NCBI RefSeq assembly: GCF_006345805.1
Contig: NC_043004.1
Span: forward strand, 87,916,001 to 87,980,000
Length of the DNA: 64,000 bases
DNA from: Octopus sinensis
Taxonomy: Eukaryota
Direction of reading: 5' to 3'
A model generated the notes under the pieces. It saw only the letters and a list, made by a program, of their open reading frames with translations, was not told where the DNA came from and made no database searches. Of this stretch, positions 51,478 through 64,000 are shown in pieces (the first letter of the stretch is position 1; every line of letters begins with the position of its first letter). Made by a program: the position numbers and the translations under genes.

Positions 51478-52587
51478 GTATACGAGTAGGTGCTGGAAAT
51501 GTAAATCCGAAATTACAACTAACCCGCTCTATAAATTCAGTGACAACGCAACCTTCACACAACGCCAAAATAAAGAACTATATTTCATAAAAAAATTTAG
51601 ACCAAGTTTAAACACCCTGGGCCAGGAATACTAAAACAAAAGATAAGTCCTCCGAAAAGGAGAACCAAATTTCATCACGGCCGCTACTACAAACAGACAC
51701 TCACTCTGACGGAAATATGCCTTAGTAAAAAAGGAAAAAAATTCTTTCGTGCAAATCTGACCCTGATACATACGATACAGCTAAGGGTCAGACCCGATTC
51801 TGATTGGTCAACAAGTTGATGACGTCTAGCTCTGCTAGAATGGACAGGATACAAACAGGGGACAGTCATTAGTCAGAATATTGATGACGTCCTTTTCTGC
51901 TTGAATAGTCACCTAACAAGTACAGACAGGGGGCAGATCTAATGTAGCTATAAGTCGTGATTGGGCAGAATCTGGATGACGTCCCGCTATGCTTGACTAA
52001 CGAAGCGACTGGTCAAGACAGGAAACAAACAAGAGGGAGTTATAATGCAGCGATTGGTCAAAATAATGATGACGTCCCGTTCCACTTGGTTAAAGCCACC
52101 TAACGAACGATTGGTCAAAACATTGATGACGTCACGCTACGCTAGATTGACCACCTAACAGGCATTATAAAACCGAGCATTTCACAAAAACTCACTAAAC
52201 CACCCAGCGAACTTCCACCATGGGTCATCACAATTGCTTAAGGTAAAAATGAATTCCTCGCTCTTTCGGAAACATCAATCTTCTGTATTGACCGCTTTCC
52301 ACCACTTTGATCTGTTTTTTGTATTGAATATGTATCGCCACCGTGGGCCACTGCATCGAACACTTTGAACATATACTTCAAACTATATATCAACTATACA
52401 TGAACTCTAAGATGTCTGACTCCGTTGTGTATTATAAATGAATTTCTTGTGTTTGACGGCATGAGCTGTCTCTTTTTATATATAACTTTTTTTGATAAGG
52501 TTCATTTCAGGAACTGAAACATGTTATAATGTATATATAAAAATTAAAAATTGTATAATACAGCAGCATTTTCGAACTTCATTTTTT

Positions 52588-52592
<5 letters not shown>
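51478..52592 (+). mobile_element. Second copy (3' end) of the Penelope-like family at 5030-6830
   Basis: [38 protein letters not shown] followed by the same ~950-bp UTR. Confidence 0.9.
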
Positions 52593-52639
<47 letters not shown>

Positions 52640-53220
52640 TCATGGTGAGTACTTGATAATTGTAACCACCTGTATATACCGTTTGGTGGTGTAGGTGGTG
52701 GAGTAAATTAATCAAAATAAAAACATGATGCCAAGGATTCAGCGGTACATATGTTTCGGGCCTTTATTAGACGGATTTATATTCTTATATCCTTTATATT
52801 TCTGATAATTTTTTATATTTTTTTATAACTTTATATCTTTATATTCATTTATATTTTTTTATATCTCTTTATATCTTTATACTCTATATTTTTATATTTT
52901 TCTATACTTATATTCTTATTTTTCACATTTTTATATTTTTTATCCTTCGTCCTGAATTCTCGCCCCTCCACTTTTATCCCTATTTACTCTTATTACCAGG
53001 TTCCTTCACGCCTGTCTGTATTTATATATGTATATATTTATTTATTCATTTATTTATATTACCTCAACATCCAAACTTCCTCATTCTACATTGAGAGAAG
53101 GACGAGATGGACGCTTCATTTTTATGCTGTTGCCGCATTATGTCGTACGCGAATGAGAGGATTTGCATCCCCAACGTAGAATTTTTTATGTAATACATGT
53201 CCTTGGGGTAGTAATTGTGC

Positions 53221-53298
53221 GCGGCTGAAGAAGGCCATAGACACACATTATGCATTGTTATAAATCCGTCTAATAAAGGCCCGAAACATATGTACCGC
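53221..53298 (+). ncRNA. Type I hammerhead ribozyme-like motif
   Basis: gcgg-CTGAAGA-aggccatagac...gtctaataaaggccc-GAAAC-atat-GT-A-ccgc. Stem I is gcgg/ccgc; stem III is palindromic (ACATATGT). Confidence 0.65.
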
Positions 53299-53330
53299 TG
53301 AATCCTTGGCATCATGTTTTTATTTGATTA

Positions 53331-53398
<68 letters not shown>

Positions 53399-53954
53399 GT
53401 ACACACACAGATAAATAAATAAATGGAGTTAAAGGCATGTGTTATTCAAATTCTACATCCGACATATTCTTCGAAGACAACATTGGTAATATAAAATGGT
53501 GTAAAACAATGCAATCTTCTCATCAGGGAACGAAAGAAACATATTATTAAGACATGATGGAGGGAACGCTATCAATTTAAAAAAAACCGTTAGTAGATAT
53601 AACGTCAAAGGTTGTTTATAGAAAGAGAAAGAGGAGAAAGAAAGAAATTAGCAGAAAACTAATAGTGGAGATATATGGAGCAATAGGTAAATTAGATTAA
53701 AGCTTAAAGGAATGGAAGTAGATATATTTAGTGGAAGTGCAATGTAAGAAGACAGTAAAAGGTCAAATTTTATAGAATGGTAGAAATCACTTATTGGAAC
53801 TAAAGGTAAGTTTCTGCCAATGTTCGCAACGATAAACGCGTTCTATAAACGTGTTTACAAGGGGATTCTTTGATAATAGGATATAAAACATTTCACTATT
53901 ACAAAGGGAGCAAAAAGATTAGTTTTTGTTCGGTTTCTTGTATGTTTTCACTGT

Positions 53955-54225
53955 CCTGTTTTTCAGGTATAGGAGCATTCTAATGAGACGACTAGCGAAA
54001 ATCTCAAACCATCTAAATGGACTACTAAAGGATAGCAAAGGATCCTACCTCGAATAAACATTACTCGAAATCGAAAATGAACTCAAACCCAGCCATGAAA
54101 AGGAGAGGACATAGAAAGAAGCAATGGCTGTTAAAAATATAAAAACAAATCCTAAAGCCTTCTATAGTACGGTACAAGATAGGGCCACTGCTCGAGAAAA
54201 ATGGCTCGCTGACAGCAGACCCCAA
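53955..54225 (+). mobile_element. CR1/L2-group LINE linker fragment
   Basis: IENELKPSHEKER..EAMAVKNIKTNPKAFY...IGPLLEKNGSLTADP; similar to the linker at about 44100-44200. Confidence 0.7.
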
Positions 54226-54727
54226 GATGATATATGTACATACACTTACGTGACGGGTTTCCATGCCATTTAGGTGTACCAAATTCACTCACATGGAATT
54301 ATGGCCCGTAGCTATTGCAGAAGGCACTTCTCCGAGGTACAGCATAATGGGACCGAACCCGAAATCACGTGATTGAAAATCGAGCTTCTTAACCACACAG
54401 CCATATCTGCATTTATGTGACCACTGATGACTTTTCTCGAATGACGTGAAGATCTGTTTCAATCACACGATCTAAAGCTCACATTACAACGGATCATTAT
54501 GATAAAATAAAAAGTAAGGTTTAACTAAGGAGGTCCTCGAAAATTTGTATGAAATAAATATGGAGTGGCAAAGCAACACCCAGGTGTGGGAAAAAACCCA
54601 ACAAAAAACGAACATTTTCTTATTTATCTGAAATAATCCCGTGATGCATAAATTTTATTGCTTATTATAAGAGCGTGGAAATCTTTAAAATTATATCAGC
54701 ATGAATTAATTCGCTACGTTTGAATGC

Positions 54728-54816
<89 letters not shown>

Positions 54817-54817
54817 A

Positions 54818-54852
<35 letters not shown>

Positions 54853-56621
54853 ATATACATATTTTACTTCTCATTTTTTTATTCGCATGCATAAAATCTT
54901 TCAACAATGGTATACTTGTACATAAATCTGTGTTTATGTCTGTCAACATACGTTGAATGGATATTACCTCTCGCATTCATTTCTTCGTGACTGAATTATG
55001 GTGGCTGACATTGAGGGTGAAATATATGTGTACATCTTAATGATTACCTAAGCCTATCACCGATTTTGTAAGTTGCAGGGCTCAGGATTCGAAAATTCAA
55101 CGCGTAGAGAGCCGGAACAAATACAATACGGTAAGGCATTCAATATGACGTCCTAAGGACCATATTAATTCGACAGTCTGTCTATCCCTCTATATATGTA
55201 TGATGTAAATACAATGAACAATAAAACATAAGACATGAAGGACAGGGTTTAATAAATACAGTATCAGATTGAGCTTTAATAAAAATAGAAACTATCGTAA
55301 CGTTTCGGACGTAACTCCTTCATCAGAAGAAAGAGACAAACAGAAATGAGAAAGAAGAGTCAGTGAGAGGTAGAGTGTTAAACGGATGAAGAGTTAGAAA
55401 CGAGGTGGTAATGCTGTTCTGTGGTGAGAAGTTAAGGGAGAATAAAGTAGGTATGTGTATGCAAGACCGGAAATTGAACGCGTGACTTTACGATCATGAG
55501 CCCAACAACCTAACCTACAATACCATGCCCCTTCATGAACAGAAACCTAAACGTACAAACCTAGATAAATACACAAAATACATACATGCGTACGTATGTG
55601 AAGACGCGTGAGATCGTGGTTACAGTTCCCCGACAGGGTGATGCCTTTTGTTCTCACGCAAAATACTTAATTTTATGTTACGTTGTGACCATTTCGACAC
55701 TTGACATGTGGTACACCGTGCTCCTGCACGGCCATTATCAATTTGACGGAGAGAGTGAATTAATGTAGAGCACGAACAGTTGAACACTAACAAATTATCT
55801 CTGCAGGCCGTTTTGTAAGAAATAGCAAAACCCTCATTTTTCGTCTATGAGAGAAGAGTCCATGATATATGTTGTGGCGAAAGTCATTGACACCCCTGGC
55901 GGATTGGAGAATGAATTAGATGAACTCTTATAAAGAGTAGAGGTCGTTAGTAGTCGAGAGAGAACGTTTTGGTAGTCTCGTGAAGTACGTCGTGAGAACG
56001 CACTGATTAAACCTCCGCAGCATAATTTATCGATACCATCCTGTGGCAGGATATAAAAGTATGTTTTCTCATCCCAAATAGAGACGTGTACCAACACCTT
56101 AATGTGGCTCGCTTGAAAGACTGTGAAGATCTCTTCACATCAAACTTTTGGGTGTCTTGTTAATTCCCAAATAAAAACTATATATCCACTATGCGGTGTT
56201 GAAAGCTCATTCTCATTGTTCAATGAACTTTTAGTCAAACGAATCAACACTACACCAGTACTTGTATTTTTTAAAAAATTTAAGCGTGGTAAACACACTA
56301 ACATCAGCTAAGCGGTGATGGGGGACAAACACAGACACAAAGAACAAACTCACACACGTGCATATATTAAAGCAGGAAATTGAAAAACAATTTTGGGTAT
56401 TATTTATTCACCATTACACGTGTTTCATTTGCTAATAGGAGTTACAAAACTGCACTTATTGGAGAAACGTAAGATATCTCCTATTAGAAATTCTTCAGAC
56501 AGAACAATTCTTGAACTCATAGGAATGCCTCAGACAATTATAACGTCTACATACAATTTTGGAGTACTGGAATATACAGATGTGCTTCATGAGGACACAG
56601 CTTTTATTATACCTACCTACC

Positions 56622-56723
<102 letters not shown>

Positions 56724-57555
56724 ACAGGCTTCTTTCAGTTTCCGCCTACCAAATCCGCTTACAAGGCTTTGGTCGGCCCGGGGCTATAGTAGGAGACCCA
56801 GTGGTATCTTGTAGCTGGGAAACGAACACACACACACATACACACGTATTTTTTTTGTGAACGGAGTAAAATTATAAATATCCAAAGTAATATTGACAGT
56901 AAGCGAATGTAGAGTTCAGAGTTGGCTTTCAGGGGATGAATATGGAAGCAGGCAACTCCTCGTCGCCCAACCAGCTACTTATATCTCATGGTACTGCTCG
57001 ATCAGGTCTGCTCTGACGCTACACTTTATGGACAAGAACAACAACACCTCACCAACTGCTGCTATATCTGGCGCTGCGTCTTCAGTAGGTTGCCAAGACT
57101 GAACACATAGACACGGAGCTATAAGTAAACAGCCACGTGTCTATGGGTTCTAATTTTTCGAATCAACCGCGCAAATGCGGAACTCAACCGGCACTAAATA
57201 TATATATATATATCTTACAGATATAGGGCAAAGAATTATTAATTTAATAATTAATAAATTTTCCCAAGTAGTTTCGGTATGAAAAAAGAACCATTATCGG
57301 TAGAAACTTTTACAGAAAGTTTTTCTTATATATAATTATAAATATAATTGGGTTATATATAATTATAAATATAATTAAGTTGCTTCATCACATACCGAAA
57401 ATTTAGAAAAAGCAGCCAAAGACAGCTAATTCCTTTTCACTACAGATATGACTCCACAAATAACAATATTTGTAACTCACATGGGCAAAAAGAATAAAAA
57501 ATATATAACGTTTTTAACGTAAAATAAAATTATTAGATTCTCCAGGTGTTGTATC

Positions 57556-57966
57556 GGATCTTTTCGGTTTGAACGGCAGTTTTTCTAGCGGTGTCATATG
57601 AAATTGACCCATAATTATGACCCTAGTATCGATCTATTACATTTCAATCTGTTTTAGGGTTAGGGGTGGGGTGAAGGGTATCTTTTTTCTTCACAAATGT
57701 AAATAAACCCTATCTGTTTCTTAAACGAGGGCCATATTCATACGGCACAGAATGTTTTTTTTACCTCAATAGACGTCACTGATTGGTTGAAATTGCAGAA
57801 ATTGAAGAAAAAAACAACAACAAATATCTTACAAGCTATAGAATTTTCTCAATAAAGCCAAGAGAAAAAGATGTTTTATAAGCACATTCTACCAGTATAC
57901 GAAGTTTAAAAGTGTTAGTTAAGTGGAAATTATTTTAAAAAACTGTCGTTCAAACCGAAAAGATCC
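57556..57966. mobile_element. MITE with 28-bp TIRs and an 8-bp TSD (Merlin-like GG termini)
   Basis: gttgtatc|ggatcttttcggtttgaacggcagtttt ... aaaactgtcgttcaaaccgaaaagatcc|gttgtatc. Confidence 0.85.
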
Positions 57967-58404
57967 GTTGTATCAATATGAATAGCTTACAATAAAATTC
58001 CATCGGAGATAGATTATCAAAATTTGATAAGGAGGTAAGGTTTGGAAAAAAAGCGGTTGCGCGGGGTGCGAAATCTTACAAATTAATAAGCCGGTGAAGG
58101 GTGTGATCTGAAAAATTAATAAGCCAGCGGAGAGGGGGGATCTGAAAAATTAAAAGCGGGGGACGGATGATTATTGAATACCCCAGAGTACATACATACC
58201 TACATGTGTGAGTGTGTATGTGTATAAAACAAAACCGATCTCAGTTTAGAAACATGAATATTCCATAGCGACCTTCTTTACCCTAGTGCTACCAATTTTA
58301 ATCAACATACAAAGCTAGAGCCAAACTTGAGCACACTGACCCCTGCCTAGTGAGTGGAGTCGGTAGGCCGAAACAGTACAGAAGTCTGTGTACATGTGTA
58401 TGTG

Positions 58405-58477
<73 letters not shown>

Positions 58478-58683
58478 GGTGTTTAGTGGAACAGACGAGA
58501 TAAATGAACTCAGTGCATGAATTTATATATTTATTTCTAATTATTTCTAATCGACAGCGAGCTACAAAAGTGACTCAAATGCCGGGAGCTTCGTGTATGG
58601 TACTTAATGAGTGCTAGGGAACCCCCCCCTCACTCTTTGAATAATTTTCTAGCGATTAAAAATATTGTCTGTCTGCCTGTCTG

Positions 58684-58736
<53 letters not shown>

Positions 58737-58756
58737 TACACATATATATATATATA

Positions 58757-59155
58757 AGGCGTGGTTGTGTGTTAAGAAGCTTACTTCCCAGTCACATGGT
58801 TCCGGGTTCTGTTCCACTGCGTGGCACCTTGGGCAAATGTCTTCTACTATAGTCTCGGGCCGACCAAAGCCTTGTGAGTGGATTTGGTGGACGGAAGCTG
58901 GAAGAAGCCCGTCGTATATTTATGTATGTGTATATATTTGTGTGTGTGCGTGTGCTTATCCCTCCCGCCATCGCTTGACAACCGGTGCTGGTGTATTTAT
59001 GTCCACGCAACTTAGTGGTTCTGCGAAAGAGAACGATAGAATAAGTACTAGGCTTACAAGGAATAAGCCTGTGGGTAGATTTCTCCGACTAGCACCTTTT
59101 AAGGTGGTGCTCCAGCATGGCCACAGTTAAATGACTGAAACAAGTAAAAGAATAA
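58757..59155 (+). mobile_element. CORE-type SINE, full length
   Basis: Head, CORE and tail present. Confidence 0.85.
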
Positions 59156-60129
59156 AAAAAATATACGTATTTATATGTAACTGTATGTATGTATGTATGT
59201 ATGTATATATGTATGTATGTATGTACGTACGTATGTATGTATGTATGTATGTATGTATGTATGTATGTATGTATGTATGTATGTATGTATGTATGTATGC
59301 ATGCATGTATGTATGTATGTATGAGTGTGTTTGTGCATCTTTGTGCTTGGAAACCGGCACTCGTTTGTTTACGTCGATGTAATTTGGCGGCTCGGCGTAA
59401 TACAGACCAATAGAATAAGCACTAGACTTTAAATATAAACTGGGATCAGTTTGTCCGATTAAAATATCATCAAGGCACTGTCCAGGATGACCGCAGCCCT
59501 ATGACCTCACCAAGTAAATGAATAAAAGCATGCTCTTTGAATTGGGTGGGTGGCACTTAGGAGTCGCCTGGATACTCTCATGCTGTGTGTTACATATAAC
59601 AGACGACAGTCGCAAAGCAATGCAATGCACAGGTTTAGCGGGAAAACAATATGTACACAGTTGTTCATTCGGCTAAGTAAAATGAACGAAAACTTACATT
59701 TATTTTAATGTTTTCATCAAAGAGCACATAAACCTTTTAAAGAGACTTCGTGAGTGGTGGGAGGAGCCATCCACTGTTTAGAAAACTGGTCCTGAAATGC
59801 TTTTGTAATAGAGTGGACATTAGCTAAAAACGAAGCGGAAATAGAGGTGTAATATAAAGCCTGTAATAACACGCGATACAGAGATAAGAGAAAGAAAGAA
59901 ATGACGGACGTGAAATACTGATAAATCAACAAAGTTGAGGAGTACAGAGACAAAAGGAAATATGTATATATTACATACATAAATACATATACACATACAA
60001 ATATAAATAACAATATAAATACACGTGTGTGTATGTGTGTATGTAGAGTTGTCTTAAAATCCATGAGTCAAAATAAACACGGTCATTCATATATTAGGTA
60101 ATATACGTAGTTGGTATATTAGTATAAAA

Positions 60130-60633
60130 GAAATCATCATCATCATCCTTTCTACTATAGGCACAAGGCCTGAAATTTGTGGGGAGCGGGTAAGTTGATC
60201 ACATCGATCTCAGTATTTCATTGGTGCAAAATTTATTGACCCCGAAAGGATGAAAAGCAAAGTCGACCTCGGCGGAATTTGAACTTAGAACGTAGCAGCA
60301 GACGAAATACCTATTTCTTTATTACCCACAAGGGGCTAAACACAGAGGGGACAAACAAGGACAGACAAACGGATTAAGTCGATTACATCGACCCCAGTCC
60401 GTAACTGGTCCTTATTTAATCGACCCCGAAGGGATGAAAGGCAAAGTCGACCTCGGCGGAATTTGAACTCAGAACGTAACGGCAGACGAAATATGGCTAC
60501 GCATTTCGCCCGGCGTGTTAACGTTTCTGCCAGCTCGCCGCCTTTATAGATTAATAACAATGAAACACTGGCGTCGATGAACTCGACATATTCCCACCCC
60601 CAAAATGGTTGCCCCTGTGGCAAAATTTGAAAC

Positions 60634-60673
<40 letters not shown>

Positions 60674-61602
60674 AAGGCGATAAGCTGGCAGAATCGCTAG
60701 CACCCCGGGTTTAGCGGCAATTCGTCCGTCTTCACGTTCTGAGTTCAAATTCCGTCGAGGTCAACTTTACCTTTCATCCTTTCGGGGTCGATAAAATAAG
60801 TACCAGTGAAACACTGGGGTCGATGTAATCGATTCTTCCCTATCTCTCCCAAACTGCCCTTGTGGCAAAAATTTGAAACCGTTATTATTATTATTATTAT
60901 TATTATTGTCATTATTATGAAGGTGGTGAGCTGGCAGAATCGTTAGCACGCCGGGCAAAATGCTTAGCGGTATTTCGTCTGTCTTCGTGTTCTGAGATCA
61001 AATGCCGCCGTGGTCGACTTTACCTTTCATCCCTTCGGGTCCGTAAATTAAGTAACAGTTGCGTACTAGGGTCATATAATCAACACATCCCTCCAAAATG
61101 GCTGTCCTTGTGGCAAAATTTGAAGTCAGCTCGCCGCCTTTATACTACTCTACTAATTATCATTATTTCAAATTGTTGCCACAAGGCTTTGGAGAGGTGG
61201 GGACGAGTCGATTACATCGGCCCCAGTGTTCAACAAATACTTAATTTATCGACCCCTAAAGAATGAAAGGCAAAGCCGATCTCGGTGGAATTTGAACTCA
61301 GAACGTAGCGACGGGTGAAATACCTATTTCTTTACTACCCACAAGGGGCTAAACATAGAGGGGGCAAACAAGGGCAGAGAAACAGATTAAGTCGATTATA
61401 TCGACCCCAGTGCGTAACTGGTACTTATTTAATCGACCCCGAAAGGATGAAAGGCAAAGTCGACCTCGGCGGAATTTGAACTCAGAACGTAACGGCAGAC
61501 GAAATACCGCTAAACATTTCGCCCGGCGTGCTAACGTTTGTGCTAGCTCACCGCCTTACTACTACTACTACTACTACTACCACTACCACCACCACCACCA
61601 CC

Positions 61603-61650
<48 letters not shown>

Positions 61651-62520
61651 GCTGGTTATAATAATCATCTCACGACTGCCAATTACCAGATGGTTTCATG
61701 AAAGATGGTGAATCAAATTCAGCAGTTATCAGAAATGGTTGAATGGAAAAGTTGGCTTCAGTAGGAATTGAACTCCAAACGCAAAGGACCGGAACTAGCC
61801 CTGCAATGCATTTTGTCCGACGTTCTACCGATTCCGTCAAAGATGGAGAAATAGTAGTTTCTAAATTAGGTACAAGCCGGAAATTTTGATGGGGGTGGCA
61901 CATCAAATTACCCCGAGCCCACTATTTGAATATACTTTTACTTTATCGACCCAGTGGGATGAAAGGCAAAAATTAATCGCGGCAGGGTTTGAACTTAAAA
62001 CTTTAAGAACTATAACAAATACAACATATTTTGTCCGACACTCTGGTGATTCTACCAATTATGGTTTCAAATTTTAGCGCAGGGGTTGTAATTTTGGGGG
62101 TAGCGAGTTAGTCGATTGCATCGAACACAAATATTCGACTGGTCTTTATTTTTCGACCACAAGAAGCTGAAAGGTAGAGTCCACCTCGGCAAAATTTGAA
62201 CACAGAACGTTAAAACTCGGAAGAAATACAGCTATGCATTTTGTCCGGCGCAGTAACGACTCTGTCAGCTCGCCACCTTAATAAGAGAGGAAAAATTCTT
62301 TCTATTATAGACAAAAAAGCCCGATATCTTAGGAAAGTGGTCTAGTTGATTATATGACCCCAGTACTCAAGTATTTCTAATTTTGTCAACTCCGAAAAGA
62401 CGAGAGGCAAAGTTCGACTTTGGTAGGATTTGAACTCAGAATGTAAACAACCGCAAATAAATACCGCAAGTCATTTTGTCAAATGCTTTAACGATCCTGC
62501 CAATCATTCTCTCGCATCTC
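60130..62520. mobile_element. Dense cluster (about 10 copies, both orientations) of SINE family M with (ATT)n/(TAC)n/(CAC)n tails
   Basis: Repeated head and body motifs; B|A dimers at 60130-60545 and 61170-61555. Confidence 0.85.
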
Positions 62521-62923
62521 TTACAGTGTATTATAACTAAACGGTTATATTTATTTACGCCGGCGTTACTTCTTATGATTCGAAAAGAAAATAATAAAGA
62601 ACACGTTTTTTTATATGATTTTACTTATGTCTAATGAGTCCTCAGTACCCACCAAGAATTTCATTTTACCCCTCTTGAGGGGATTTTACCCCGGTTCGCC
62701 GACCCCTGGTTAAATCGAACATATCGACTCCAAAAATTATTCCTTTTTTTTTTTGTTTTTTAAAGTATGGTACTTTCCTATCGGTCTCTTTAACCGAATC
62801 GCTAATGAATGGGAGACGTAAACAAACCAACGTCGGTTATCAAGCGGTGGAGGTAGGGGGGGCAAATTCACTCACAAGCGGGGAGAGAACACACGCACAC
62901 GCACACACATGATCGTTAAAGCA

Positions 62924-62999
<76 letters not shown>

Positions 63000-63760
63000 A
63001 CACACAGACATTCACTTCCACATAGTTTCTGTCTATCAGATTTATTCACAAGGTATTGGTCGGCCCGGGGCTATGGTAAAAAAAACCCACCCAATGTGCC
63101 GCATAGTGAGACTGAACTCGAAACCGCGCAGTTGCAAAGCGAGCATCCTAACTTCACATATAGACGTAGGCGTGGATTCGAACTAGCAACCTTTGTTTAC
63201 GGACCTTATGGACTGGATTCGAGCTAGCAACGTTTATGATTAAACTAGTAGTAACAGCGCTCTCATTCACACAACCACTTACGCTTGTATGAAAATATAC
63301 GACCCTCCCTCACGTACGTTTGTTAGTGGATCAGCAGCTAAAGAGGTTATTATAACTATTTTAGAACATACAGGCTGACTGTTCGAATCTAGTACGCTAT
63401 TGCTGACATAGAGAGGAAATAAAACAACCGATGGAGATGTAAGAAACAAAAACATTATTAGGATAAATATCCAACTAGAATATAATTTAAGTAATATATA
63501 TTAGCGACAGAAGTTGATGTTACGATTAGCTTGTTATAAAACGATATATATATCTTCAGTGGAAACAATTGTAGCGATTAAAAAATAAATGCCCAGCCGT
63601 AACCTTTCACATTGATCCCAATTTTTTTTTTCCATTATCTATTCACACACGACAGATGTCCAAACGCAAACCTGGAAGTACGTATAATACCACTACTGCA
63701 TAGCACAGGGAGTAATCTGAAAGTGGACGAGACCATTATATATATATATATATAACCGAA

Positions 63761-63821
63761 GATAACCGAAGAGATGGTGTTGTGGATTTTCACTTCGGCA
63801 TCTGAAACTCAGAGTTTTATC
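63761..63821 (+). ncRNA. Type I hammerhead-like motif with a U4C core variant
   Basis: gataa-CCGAAGA-gatg...catct-GAAAC-tcaga-GT-T-ttatc. Stem I is 5 bp; stem III is actc/gagt. Confidence 0.55.
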
Positions 63822-63923
63822 TTGACTATTGAGTAATTGTAACATATTATTTTATAGATAAATTTCCTCTATTTACATAATATTGAGGTCTCTTTCTTTC
63901 TTTTGTTATCTTACCGTTTTTTA

Positions 63924-63968
<45 letters not shown>

Positions 63969-64000
63969 TGCAGCACGGACTTTGTCAGTGAACAGGTCGC

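Noticed and set aside
59697-59862. Minus-strand exon-like segment (ttacag|...|gtaagt) as a Ctr coding exon
   Set aside because: All three frames contain stops; it could at most be a 5' UTR exon, which is untestable here.

Overview
Eukaryotic, AT-rich and microsatellite-saturated DNA that is mostly transposon-derived. The SINE types and simple-repeat load suggest an octopus/cephalopod genome; this is inference, and no database was consulted. There are no prokaryotic features, and one 100-N gap lies at 14541-14640. The one convincing host gene is a spliced minus-strand Ctr/SLC31A copper transporter. Its three coding exons (42295-42229, 41072-40970, 37644-37365) join in frame through canonical splice sites, and the ORF track shows only the last one properly. 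The rest comprises three tRNA-derived SINE families, Penelope-like elements, RTE, CR1-like and R4-like LINE fragments, Tc1/mariner-group elements, MITEs, non-autonomous Helitrons and a 65-unit 38-bp hairpin satellite. The most unusual items are: (1) the Ctr2-like gene apparently lacking the conserved pre-TM1 Met; (2) an ORF1-only (gag-like) retroelement that shares its 3' tail with a SINE and abuts a Helitron-like terminus; (3) about a dozen hammerhead-ribozyme-like motifs, including a tandem retrozyme-like pair; (4) a recurrent SINE-in-SINE junction at an identical site; (5) the higher-order structured satellite. Repeat boundaries are approximate unless termini are quoted.
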